Positions 1-12,040 of a DNA stretch of 64,000 nt are shown here, piece after piece. The translations under genes were made by a program, and so were the position numbers. The DNA comes from Eledone cirrhosa (lineage: Eukaryota), in the NCBI GenBank assembly GCA_964016885.1, contig OZ024761.1, forward strand, positions 7,626,001-7,690,000, in the 5' to 3' direction. The first letter of the stretch is position 1; each line of letters opens with the position of its first letter. The notes under the pieces are model-generated. The model was not told the origin of the DNA and did not search any database. It was given only the letters and a program-made list of their open reading frames with translations.

Positions 1-252
1 CACAAGAGATGTAGTGGAATAGCAGGCAAACTAACAGGTTGGGAAAACTACATATGCAGTAGATGTACAGGGAAATTTGACACTAGAAGTCGCAATGATA
101 GACACATTTTTTAAATGCAGGTAGGATCTATAGAAATGGTTGATAGCTTCCGGTACCTAGGTGATCAGATTACCAAGTGGCAGGTGGAGAGATGCTGAAT
201 AGGACCCGTCCCATCCTTGCAAGCAGGGAAAAGCGGACATAAGATGATAATG
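1..252 (+). mobile_element. RTE-clade LINE fragment (internally deleted) with (ATG)n tail
   Basis: Translates to HKRCSGIAGKLTG...CSRCTG and VDSFRYLGDQI, matching the RTE copies at 40.2-41.1 kb and 46.1-48.4 kb. Ends in ccttgcaagcagggaaaagcggac...gatgat. Confidence 0.8.
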
Positions 253-367
253 ATATATATATATATAATCTCTTTCTCTATAGATATATCTACCTAGCTA
301 TATGTCTATCTATACCCACCTACCTGTGAATCCATCTGTCTCTCTCTCTCTTTCTGTATCTTTCCAG

Positions 368-563
368 ATCCCTACTGGACAAGGTAAGGACTCTTCTGCA
401 GTACTCCAGTTCCCCTAAACTGGACAAGATACTGCCCCCCATCTACCTGACAAACAGGATCAACAAACTGTTGGACAGGAGACAGAAACTTCGGACAGTG
501 AATTCTATTAGGGCTCGGCCGAACATTCAGTTACAGCGGTCACCTGACTTAGAACGATCATGA
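368..563 (+). CDS. Putative terminal coding exon of an unidentified upstream gene
   Basis: A long polypyrimidine tract and tttccag acceptor (ending 367) precede 1 nt plus 64 open codons of non-repetitive sequence (SLLDKVRTLLQYSSSPKLDKILPPIYLTNRINKLLDRRQKLRTVNSIRARPNIQLQRSPDLERS) and TGA at 561-563. Protein family not recognised. Confidence 0.5.
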
Positions 564-1222
564 TGATGGTGATGATGGCACTGGTGGTGGTGATGGGGGT
601 GATGACAATAATCATGATGATGATGGTGGTGGCGTTAGTGGTGGTAACGAAGATGATGGCAACGGTGGTGATGGTGATGATGGTGATAACCACCGTGGAA
701 ATGGTGATGATGATGGTGGTGATGGTGATGATGATGATGGTGGTGGTGGTGGTGGTGATGGTGGTGATGGTGGTGGTGGTGATGGTGATGATGGTGGTGG
801 TGATGGTGATGACGGTGATGATGATGGTGGTGATGGTGATGATGGTGATGACGGTGATGATGATGGTGATGATGGTGGTGGTGATGGTGGTGATGGTGAA
901 TGTGATGGTGATGATGGTGATGGTGATGATGGTGGTGGTGAGGGTGATGATGATGGTGATGGTGATGGTGATGATGGTGGTGATTGTGATGGTGATGGTG
1001 ATGATGATGATGATAATGATGGGCTTAATGAAGATGGGGATAGTGATGATGGGGATGGTGAGGGTGATGATGATGGTGATGGTGATGGTGATGATGGTGA
1101 TGGTGGTGATGATGATGGTGGTGATTGTGATGGTGATGGTGATGATGATGATGATGATAATGATGGGCTTAATGAAGATGGGGATAGTGATGATGGGGAT
1201 GGTGGTAATTGTGATAATGGTA
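560..1222. repeat. Imperfect (ATG/GTG)n trinucleotide repeat
   Basis: Directly visible; it produces the spurious M/V-, I/T- and S/P-rich ORFs. Confidence 0.95.
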
Positions 1223-1391
1223 TAATATAGACTGAGGCTTTGATGAAAATACCATATATATATAGAGGTTGACATGATGCTGGAAGTTTATATATATAGA
1301 TGACTGATATGATATTGGCTGGTGTAATATCACTAATATAGCCCAGATCAGCCATATCAGGATTGCTGAAAACAGAGCAGTATTATTTTTG

Positions 1392-1580
1392 CAGTGGATT
1401 GGCAGTATCGGTAGAGGGTCGGACGCCATGCTTTCTAGCATAGTTTCGTCCCGTTACAGTCTGAGTTCAATTCCCGCCGAGGTTAACTTTGCCTTTCATC
1501 CTTACGGGGTCGATAAAATAAAGTACCAGTAATGTACTGGGTAATTGCTGGCCTTGTGCCTAAAGTAGAAACAATTATTT
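1392..1580 (+). mobile_element. tRNA-derived SINE, family B (tail gtagaaacaattat)
   Basis: B-box gagttcaattc, conserved core gcctttcatccttacggggtcgataaaataaagtaccagt, and flanking duplication attatttttgcagt. Further copies near 4020-4222(-), 16190-16285(-), 18820-19445(+, several), 21640-21820(-), 45331-45525(+), 49390-49588(-) and 58808-58975(-). Confidence 0.85.
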
Positions 1581-1594
1581 TTGCAGTATCTCAC

Positions 1595-2612
1595 CTATGG
1601 TTTTGGTATCATCTTGGAGAGTGCCATTTTCATTAATTAGAGGGCCAACAGTGGAGCCAGTGACTTTGTGTTTTTTCACAAATGAAAAGAACACTTAGGG
1701 ATTGAGTTTGATCTTCTCAATGGCCCAGGCCTCTTTAGCTACTCTTTGATTGTTGATGATGGACATCATGCTGTTTTGGAGGTTGTGTTTTTTTTTTTAT
1801 TATTCTAGTGATGTAACGGCAGTCAAATGGTTGTGTTGCTGCTGACAGTATTTCAGTTAGTTGATTTTTTGGGTAATTCTTTTTTTTTTCTGATAAGTGT
1901 TCTTCTATTTCTAGGGATTCTACATTTATATTTGTTTACAGAACAGATCTTAATGGGGTTTGTTTTGCACATATATTTGTTACAGTGTCTACAAATGTCT
2001 TCCAATTGACATATGCAGGATCATGATTGATCGCTTCCCAGTTTACATTATGATGATCCATGGCGTCAAATGGATGAATTGGAGATATGTCATCGGGTTT
2101 ACTTTTGGGATGGTGGAATCTCAGATCACAGAGAACCATGTCACGGTCTGATAGTGTCAGTGTGGTTACTGAACATCAGGTCCAACACGTTTTTGTGGCA
2201 CCTTGTTGGTTTGAGCATACGTTGGGACAGGAAAAACTCATCCATGATGTCAAGAAACGATTCTACTGCCTTCTTGTCAGGGGTTGAGGAGGAAAAACCT
2301 GGTATGAAGCTGTTTGTGGACCAGTCAACACTTGGGAGATTGAAGTCCCTCATCATTAAGATGTTGCCAGGGAGACACTGTTGCATGAAACATGTTATGC
2401 TGTTGAGGCATTCCTTGAAGCGTGGTAGAGGAGTTTGGGGTGACCTATAATGTCCACTTACTATTAAGTTGTTGGTTTTACTGTACCCAGAGACTGCTTC
2501 ACAGTATTCATTGGAAAATATCTCCTTAGCCTCTGTTGAAAATGAATCATGTACAAAAATGACAGTTCCGCCCTTTCTTCTGCCAGCACGATCTGTACGG
2601 ATAGTTTTAAAA
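1595..2612 (-). mobile_element. Degenerate CR1/Jockey-group LINE, APE endonuclease region
   Basis: ORF 2141-2638(-) has [34 protein letters not shown] and PTRCHKNVLDLMFSN; ORF 1936-2139(-) has SDHNLI-like and NW linker motifs. Confidence 0.8.
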
Positions 2613-2644
2613 TTATATATATGTATATATACACACATACTAGG

Positions 2645-2689
<45 letters not shown>

Positions 2690-2805
2690 CATACATACAA
2701 AGTGATATATAGATATACATATATATATATACATATATATACATTTATATATATATACAGACATACAAGGTGATATATATATATATATATACATATCTAT
2801 ATACG

Positions 2806-2913
<108 letters not shown>

Positions 2914-2931
2914 CACATATACAAGCTGATA

Positions 2932-3702
2932 TCTATATATATAAAGTTGTAGTTCCTGTCTGTTTGTTCACGAACTCCTCCAATGGTTTTGAAGATAGAC
3001 CCCCCTAACCATATATATTCTGAAACTACATTGCCCAGGGTTCTTGGATAAGTATATTTCATTCTAATCAAAGGGTTCCCCTGGGGCACAAATTTCAATA
3101 ATATTGAGACACCCTAATGGGGGGTTAAACTCCCTATACTGAAAATTTTGGCCAATAAATGGAACAAGATGTGTTGTAACAAGATTGCATGAGAACTTGA
3201 TTGAAGCAACCATTATATTCGGGGCTTACACAGGTCAAGCTCTTCTCATTCCGAGGATTCCACTTATACCAAGTGATAGCGAGTTGCCTTTTACATTTAA
3301 GAGGCTACAGTTCCCAGTGAGGCCATGCTTTGCCTTGAGCATCAATAAGAGTCAAAGTCAAACTTTCAAAACTATTGGTATAGATCTGACAAACCCATAT
3401 TTGTTTTATGTAGCTGTTTCAAGGACTGGAACTTCAAAAATTTCTACATTTTAGCTAATCAAAGAAAGACAAGAAATGTGGTTTACCCTGAAGTTCTTCA
3501 TTAGGACAAAGTATGAAATATATTTTCATGTGTTTATTATGTTAAAAAATAATGTTTTCCAATTTCATGCATTACATTTTACATTGAGTAATATTGAAAT
3601 GCTGAGTTTTTCTCCATAAATTATATCACTGATTTAAAATCAATCATCATTTTCTTACAAAAAAATGAGTGAAACGCAGCAAGGCGTGGGTAATTCGGCT
3701 AG
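2932..3702 (+). mobile_element. Non-autonomous Helitron with PIF1-helicase C-terminal remnant
   Basis: 5' TC and 3' CTAG ends inserted between A and T. ORF 3185-3454 reads LIPRIPLIPSD..LPFTFKRLQFPVRPCFALSINKSQSQT..YVAVSR, typical of Helitron RepHel helicase. Confidence 0.9.
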
Positions 3703-4412
3703 TATATATATATATATATATACACATATACAAGGTTATATATTTATATATATATACACACACACATACAAGGTGATATATATATATATACACACACACA
3801 TACAAGGTGATATATATATATATACATATATATACACACACACACAAGGTGATATATTCTACATTCCTTCTTTCCTTGGATTCAACACTGTTTTCTTATA
3901 TTTTTATACAAAAGACGTTTTGTTTACAATTTCTTGTTTGATAAAATAAAACAATTAACAAAATAGTAATAATAAAAAAAACTGAAGATTGTGTAATTAA
4001 ATTTGCTATGTTTTAATGGTTTCTTATATAGGCACAAAGCCAGCAATTTTGGGGGAGGGGAAAATTTGATTAAATCAACCCCAGCAGCACAACTGGTACT
4101 TTTATCGACCCCATAAGGATAAAAAGCAAAGCTAATCTCGGCAGGATTTGAACCCAGAACGCAAAGGGCCATAACTCTATACTGCAAAGTATGGTGTCTG
4201 ATACTGCCAATCTACCACCCTGGATAATAATATTTTAATAATATTATTAATATTCGGTTTGTTTGCAAGCAGACAACTTCATGACACCATGTATATTTTC
4301 TAGATGACTGACATCATCTTTTTGTTGTTATAGTGCCTTGAGTCTGCTTGCAAATGAAACGAATATTAATATTATTATTCACTCATGAATACCTTTATAT
4401 ATATACATATAC

Positions 4413-4808
4413 ATGATGACCTGGGATGAGGTGATAAAAGCCGACCTTACCCAACTACACCTCTCAAAGACAATGACACACGACCGTGACTTCCCATGGG
4501 TACATGCTGAAGCATATAGACAATATGCCCCCACACCCTCCACCGCAAGGTGGTCGTGGAGGTGCCACGGCAAAAAAGCACCCAGCCCACACTGTAAAGT
4601 GGACGTGTAGGCGCCACGAAAAAGCACCCAGCACTCACTGTAAATGAGGTTGGTGTTAGGAAGGGCATCCAGCTGTAGAAATCAAGCCAGATCAGTTCCT
4701 GTATGAGCAAGGCATGGTCAGCCGACCAGACACTGCACACAACAGGACAACCCGTCTAACCCATGCTAGCGTGGAAGAACGGACGTAAAACGGTGATGAT
4801 GATGATGA
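4413..4808 (+). mobile_element. RTE LINE 3' end fragment
   Basis: TWDEVIKADLTQLHLSK plus the 3' UTR shared with 25430-25860 and an (ATG)n tail. Confidence 0.85.
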
Positions 4809-5339
4809 TATATAAGCGAAACCTACAGTCAGTAGGCACCTCTTAACCAAAATACACCCCCATCCCACTACCCCTACCCCCACCGCCATCCACACCACTC
4901 CTTTCGATGTAAAGCTATGTTGGTACCACAACAACCAGTCCTAAATAAATGAGGTCGTGTAGGTGTCAATAAAAAACACACAGACAGTCCACGCTGTAAT
5001 GTGGCCGTGTAGGTAACACGGTAAAAACCTCCCAGTCCACACTGTAAACGTGGTTGGTGTTAGGAAGGGCATCCAGCCGTAGAAAACTCGCCAGACAGTC
5101 CTATACGAGCAAGACAACCAATCTTCCTTCAAGTGGGACAATTCCCGTCCTGACCCATGCTAGCGTGGAAGATGGACGTTAAACGATGATGATGATGATA
5201 TATATATATATATATATCATCATCATCATCATTTTACGTCCGCTTTTCCCTGCTTGCAAGGGTGGGACAGGTCCTCTTTGTGGCTTGTAGCTTTCAGCTT
5301 ATAACTGTGCCTTGAAGTGGTAATTAGATTAGCAGTATC

Positions 5340-5790
5340 TTGTTGATCTGGTTGATCTTATCAATACTCCCGGGGTGCCGTGTGGAGGTTCCTTGGAACA
5401 TCAAGCATAAGTAGTGAAAGAGTCACTCGCTGGGAAGAAAACCTTAACAACCTCCCATCTGTAACAACAATGGAGCTAAAGGTGAACGGGGCACTCCGCC
5501 CCCACCCCTGGAGCAGATTCAAACTATGCAGTGTGGAATTGCCTAAACAGACTAAGATCTGGTGTTGGACGTGCAAAATGGGGATATTTAAAGGATGGGG
5601 ACTTTGTGTGTGACTGTGGCATTGAACCACAGACTACGCAGCACCTCCTGATATGACCCCTGCTGGAACACCCCCGCACAGCATTGGACTTGGCAGAATT
5701 TAACGAGAAAGGACAGCAATGTGTTCAGCTCTGGTGGAACCACATCTAGCCAACCTTTGTAACTGACACTCTTGGGGACATGACAAGAAG
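5340..5790 (+). mobile_element. Non-LTR retrotransposon 3' end with C-terminal zinc knuckle (RTEX-like)
   Basis: Homologous to 44330-44780(-), which encodes WKCLNRLRSGVGR..KWG..CDCGIEPQTTQHLLICP. Confidence 0.7.
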
Positions 5791-6239
5791 ATGCAGAATC
5801 GTTAGGGCGCCAAATTAAAAATGTCTTGGTTCACTGTCGAGTGTGATTTGGCTGCTATTTCTACCTCGGTGTCTCCATAACAATGTAATTCTTGGGACGT
5901 CTTCTCTTCTGATTTGGTTTAAGTTGTGAGATTTGGAAAAAAAAAAGACAAAGGAAAAATAAAACGCCCAAGAGTTATGTCCCTCTATAGTTATAATATA
6001 AAGGGACATAACTCAGTTGCCATCCACCGTTTAAATAAATCCAGCTCGGACTGGCTTTGTTTTATCTCTATTTGATTTATAAAACGCCCAAGATTTATAA
6101 TATAAAGGGACATAACTCAGTTGCCATCCACCGATTAAATAAATCCAGCTCGGACTAGCTTTGTTTTATCTCTATTTGATTTTGATGATAGTGGAGGTGG
6201 TAGCGGTGATGATGATGATGGAGGTGGTAGTAGTAGTGG

Positions 6240-7125
6240 TGATGACCACTCTACAGTATGGACAGGGTGCTTTTTGTCGTATCGCCTACACGACCACTCC
6301 ACAGTGTGTGCTGGATGCTTTTGGGCGTCACTTCTACACGACCACTTTACAGTGTGGACTGGGTGCTTTTTGTTGTGAGACCTACATGACTACTTTTACA
6401 GTGTGGGCTGGGTGCTTTTTGTTGTGACACCTACATGACTACTTTACAGTGTGGGCTGGGTGCTTTTTATCGTGACACCTACATGACTACTTTTACAGTG
6501 TAGACTGGGTGCTTTTTGTTGTGAGACCTACATGACTACTTTTACAGTGTGGACTGGGTGCTTTTTGTTGTGACACCTACATGACTACTTTACAGTGTGG
6601 GCTGGGTGCTTTTTGTCGTGACACCTACATGACTACTTTACAGTGTGGACTGGGTGTTTTTGTTGTGACACCTACATGACTACTTTTACAGTGTGGACTG
6701 GGTGCTTTTTGTTGTGACACCTACATGACTACTTTACAGTGTGGACTGGGTGCTTTTTGTTGTGACATCTACACGACTACTTTACAGTGTGGACTGGGTG
6801 TTTTTGTTGTGTCACCTACATGACTACTTTACAGTGTGGACTGGGTGCTTTTTGTTGTGTCACCTACATGACTACTTTACAGTGTGGACTGGGTGCTTTT
6901 TGTTGTGTCACCTACATGACTACTTTACAGTGTGGACTGGGTGCTTTTTGTCGTGTCACCTACATGACTACTTTACAGTGTGGACTGGGTGCTCTTTGTC
7001 GTGACACCTACATGACTACTTTACAGTGTGGGTTGCGTGCTTTTTGTTGTGTCACCTACATGACTACTTTACAGTGTGGACTGGGTGCTCTTTGTCGTGA
7101 CACCTACATGACTACTTTACAGTAT
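6240..7125. repeat. 40-41 bp minisatellite derived from the RTE 3'UTR/SINE internal motif
   Basis: Unit tttacagtgtggactgggtgctttttgttgtgacacctacatgactac; the same motif occurs once or twice in the RTE/SINE tails. Confidence 0.9.
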
Positions 7126-7811
7126 CACCTACACAACCATTCATTGAAACACATAGGCCTTGTATTTCATTGGAAATATTGTAACAAAAGGGTTTAAATT
7201 GTCTTTTTTCTGACCTAATGTTTTAATGACCCTCTAGTTTTCACATGTTGAAGCTGTTTCCTAACATGCAGCTTAAGGTCCGCTATTATACATTCCATCT
7301 ACATTATTGGTCCATGTTAGCTAGAAATATATTTAACAAACATGTTTACTACGTGAAAGGATATTTAATGCATACCAAACTATCTGGTTCTTCAAGTTAG
7401 CTAGACAATAGTTATATAATTATGTTAAAGTTAATATATATTTAACCCAGCCAGAACCAACTCTGTGTGTGTGTGTATCATCATCATCATCGTTTAACGT
7501 CCATATTCCACGCTTGCATGGGTTTGGACGGGAATTTTCCCACTTGAGGCAAGAGTGGTTGTCTTGCTCGCATAGGACTGTCTAGCTGGTTTTCTACGGC
7601 TGGATGCCCTTCCTAACACCAACCACATTTACAGTGTGGGTCTGGGAGGTTTTTACCGTGTTGCCTACACAGCCACATTACAGCGTGGGCTGTGTGTTTT
7701 TTTGTCGTGACACCTACACGACCTCATTTGTTTCGGGCTGGATGTTGTGACACCAACATAACTTTACATTGAAAGGGGTGGTGTGGATGGGGTGTGGGTA
7801 GTGGGATGGGG

Positions 7812-7899
<88 letters not shown>

Positions 7900-8279
7900 A
7901 AGTGGAATTAAAGATCCACAATCATCCCCTATGATTTAATGGGCTCAAGTGATCTTATGGACTATTCACACCGCCATGGACGGTACATGTGCTTTCTCTT
8001 TTACATGTGTGTATTTTTAGTTATCTAATACACTTTGAGAAATGGAGTCCATATTGCTACGACATCCACCGATGAGCTATATTTCAGTATGTAAACTCCA
8101 CTTAAAATAGTGAAACACTCTAATTTGAACATGTCCAGATGTTATAGTTATAATTGGATGGTTAGTACACTTTAATATATTTTTTTAATTGATTTATATT
8201 CACCATTCCTTCCGTAGTTAATATGTTCTTCACACTGGTGGTTTTTGATCCCCTATGATTGAACACACTTCTCTCTGTG

Positions 8280-8353
<74 letters not shown>

Positions 8354-8664
8354 GATGATGGAACTTGGCCATTGAAATATGTATATATGTGTTTTTTTCT
8401 ATTATATATATATATATCATATATTAAATAGTTAAACAAGATTCAATGAGTACATCAAAGAATGAATTTTACAGTAGATTGGAAGCACTCTACAGAAAAA
8501 AATTATTTTCCAGTGTTATTAATATTAAAATACAAATATTAATAAAATAGATGTTCTTTTGATCAATTAAATTTTATTATACATATTTCAGAGGTACAAC
8601 AGTACGTCCTACTTTGATTAAATCTGAACCATTTAACATCTCAGGGTATGTCATGTTTCATTAT

Positions 8665-8717
8665 ATTTTGTCTGATGAGGACGTACTGTTGTATATCTGA
8701 AATATGTATAATAAAAT
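8665..8717 (+). ncRNA. Type I hammerhead ribozyme motif in fold-back element 8420-8766
   Basis: Stem I attttgt/ataaaat; core CTGATGA 8672-8678; stem II gga-c-gtac/gtat-a-tct; GAAA 8699-8702; loop tatgta; UA cleavage site 8709-8710. Confidence 0.75.
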
Positions 8718-8771
8718 TTAATTGATCAAAAGAACATCTATTTTATTAATATTTGTATTTTAATATATATC

Positions 8772-9390
8772 ATATCATCATCATCATCATCATCATCACC
8801 GTTTTACGTTCGTTCTTCCACGCTAGCATGGGTTAGACGGGTTGTCCTGTTGTGGGCAGTGTCTGGTCGGCTGACCATGCCTTGCTCATACAGGAACTGA
8901 TTTGGCTTGATTTCTACAGCAGGATGCCCTTCCTAACACCAACCTCATTTACAGTGAGTGCTGGGTGCTTTTTTGTGGCGCCTACACGTCCACTTTACAG
9001 TGTGGGCTGGGTGCTTTTTTGCCGTGGCACCTCCACGACCACCTTGCGGTGGGGGGTGTGGGGGCATATTGTCTATATGCTTCAGCTTGTACCCATGGGA
9101 GGTCGGGTACTCTGTATTACTGCGTGATGCCAGAGGTCACGGTCGTGTGTCATTGTCTTTGAGAGGTGTAATTGGGTAAGGTCGGCTTTTATCATCTCAT
9201 CCCAGGTCATCTTGGGTCTCCCCACTCCGCGGTTTCAATCGACTTCTAGTGCTCTGCATCTTTTTATGCAGCTGTCTTCCTTCATACGCATCACATGTCC
9301 ATACCAGCGCAACCGCCTCTCTTGCACACAGCATTTGATTCTTCTTATGCTCAATCTCTCTCTCAATTCGTTCATGCTTTGTCGTTCGCA
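8772..9390 (-). mobile_element. RTE LINE 3' fragment
   Basis: ERQSMNELRERLSIRRIKCCVQERRLRWYGHVMRM plus shared 3' UTR and (CAT)n on the + strand. Confidence 0.9.
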
Positions 9391-9564
9391 TATATATATA
9401 TATATAATAGAAAAAACGTATATATACATATTTCAATGGCCAAGTTCCATCATCCGATCATGACATAATACCTAGGAAACATCATCAGGTGTGGATTGCA
9501 TAATCAATAAAAGGAATTATGGCAAACACAAACAGAATAAAGAATATACTTGATTTCTATAAGA

Positions 9565-9960
9565 TAAAGTAAACAAACAGGCCCTGATTATGTATTCTCT
9601 ATCATAAATGTAAACACACAGGCCCTGACTATGCATTCTCTTACCTAAATGTAAACAAACAGGCCCTCACGGTGCATTCTCTACCCTAAATGTAAACAAA
9701 CAAGCCCCGACCATGCATTCTCTACCATAAATTACATCAATTATAGTGAAACTTTGTGGTGATACTTTCTGCAGAGGCAACACACTGCATTCAGTGACAG
9801 GCTTCATTGCCTGATAAGCTTGAAGATCAGAAACTATTGAAGTATAGGCCTCTTTGTGATAGGTTTGTCATTGAACTTATAGCGATGGAGACTTCTGGTG
9901 TTCTGTGTCACTGTATCAGCTCCCTACTAGCTGCTATTTTGATGGGGTTGGCCATCCTCA
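9565..9960 (+). mobile_element. Degenerate CRE-like (REL-endonuclease) non-LTR retrotransposon fragment
   Basis: CGDTFCRGNTLHSV../..DKLEDQKLLKYRPLCDRFVIELIAMETSGVL fits the REL domain pattern TC.DT...AE..K..KY..L...F.P.A.ET.G. The upstream ~43-bp repeats contain an RPD(G)-like aggccctgac. Confidence 0.6.
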
Positions 9961-12040
9961 GTGAAACCTATAGCGATGGAGACTTCTGGTGTTCTGTGTC
10001 ACTGTATCAGCTCCCTACTAGCTGCTATTTTGATGGGGTTGGCCATCCTCAGTGAAACCTATAGTGATGGAGACTTCTGGTGTTCTGGGTGTCTGTATCA
10101 GCTCCCTACTTGCTGCTATTTTGATGGGGTTGGCCATCCTCAGTGAGCCCCCTATAGTGATGGAGACTTCTGGTGTTCTGTATGTCTGTATCAGCTCCCT
10201 ACTAGCTGCTATTTTGATGGGGTTGGCCATCCTCAGTGAAACCTATAGTGATGGAGACTTCTGGTGTTCTGGATGTCTGTATCAGCTCCCTACCTGCTGC
10301 TATTTTGATGGGGTTGGCCATCCTCAGTGAAACCTATAGTGATGGAGACTTCTGGTGTTCTGGATGTCTGTATCAGCTCTCTACTTGCTGCTATTTTGAT
10401 GGGGTTGGCCATCCTCAGTGAAACCTATAGTGATGGAGACTTCTGGTGTTCTGGATGTCTGTATCAGCTCCCTACTTGCTGCTATTTTGATGGGGTTGGT
10501 CATCCTCAGTGAAACCTATAGTGATGGAGACTTCTGGTGTTCTGGATGTCTGTATCAGCTCCCTACTAGCTGCCATTTTGATGGGGTTGGCCATCCTCAG
10601 TGAAACCTACAGCGATGGAGACTTCTGGTGTTCTGGGTGTCTGTATCAGCTCCCAACTTGCTGCTATTTTGATGGGGTTGGCCATCCTCAGTGAAACCTA
10701 CAGCGATGGAGACTTCTGGTGTTCTGGGTGTCTGTATCAGCTCCCTACTTGCTGCTATTTTGATGGGGTTGGCCATCCTCAGTGAGCCCCCTATAGTGAT
10801 GGAGACTTCTGGTGTTCTGTATGTCTGTATCAGCTCCCTACTAGCTGCTATTTTGATGGGGTTGGCCATCCTCAGTGAAACCTACAGCGATGGAGACTTC
10901 TGGTGTTCTGGGTGTCTGTATCAGCTCCCTACTTGCTGCTATTTTGATGGGGTTGGCCATCCTCAGTGAAACCTACAGCGATGGAGACTTCTGGTGTTCT
11001 GGGTGTCTGTATCAGCTCCCTACTTGCTGCTATTTTGATGGGGTTGGCCATCCTCAGTGAGCCCCCTATAGTGATGGAGACTTCTGGTGGTCTGGGTGTC
11101 TGTATCAGCTCCCTACTAGCTGCTATTTTGATGGGGTTGGCCATCCTCAGTGAAACCTATAGTGATGGAGACTTCTGGTGTTCTGGATGTCTGTATCAGC
11201 TCCCTACCTGCTGCTATTTTGATGGGGTTGGCCATCCTCAGTGAAACCTATAGTGATGGAGACTTCTGGTGTTCTGGATGTCTGTATCAGCTCCCTACTT
11301 GCTGCTATTTTGATGGGGTTGGCCATCCTCAGTGAAACCTATAGTGATGGAGACTTCTGGTGTTCTGGATGTCTGTATCAGCTCCCTACTTGCTGCTATT
11401 TTGATGGGGTTGGCCATCCTCAGTGAAACCTATAGTGATGGAGACTTCTGGTGTTCTGGATGTCTGTATCAGCTCCCTACTAGCTGCTATTTTGATGGGG
11501 TTGGCCATCCTCAGTGAAACCTACAGCGATGGAGACTTCTGGTGTTCTGGGTGTCTGTATCAGCTCCCTACTTGCTGCTATTTTGATGGGGTTGGCCATC
11601 CTCAGTGAAACCTACAGCGATGGAGACTTCTGGTGTTCTGGGTGTCTGTATCAGCTCCCTACTTGCTGCTATTTTGATGGGGTTGGCCATCCTCAGTGAG
11701 CCCCCTATAGTGATGGAGACTTCTGGTGTTCTGTATGTCTGTATCAGCTCCCTACTAGCTGCTATTTTGATGGGGTTGGCCATCCTCAGTGAAACCTACA
11801 GCGATGGAGACTTCTGGTGTTCTGGGTGTCTGTATCAGCTCCCTACTTGCTGCTATTTTGATGGGGTTGGCCATCCTCAGTGAAACCTACAGCGATGGAG
11901 ACTTCTGGTGTTCTGGGTGTCTGTATCAGCTCCCTACTTGCTGCTATTTTGATGGGGTTTGCCATCCTCAGTGAGCCCCCTATAGTGATGGAGACTTCTG
12001 GTGGTCTGGGTGTCTGTATCAGCTCCCTACTAGCTGCTTT
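9872..12040. repeat. 91/93-bp minisatellite with a 914-bp (10-monomer) higher-order repeat
   Basis: Unit gtgaaacctatagtgatggagacttctggtgttctg...ggccatcctca. The 93-bp 'gagcccc' variants recur at 914-bp spacing (ORF starts 10052/10966/11880 and 10691/11605). Confidence 0.95.

Noticed and set aside
508-1355. Long ORFs of 221-255 aa
   Set aside because: Translations of an (ATG/GTG)n repeat.
9872-12040. CRISPR-like array or repeated small genes
   Set aside because: Head-to-tail units without unique spacers in eukaryotic DNA; no cas genes.
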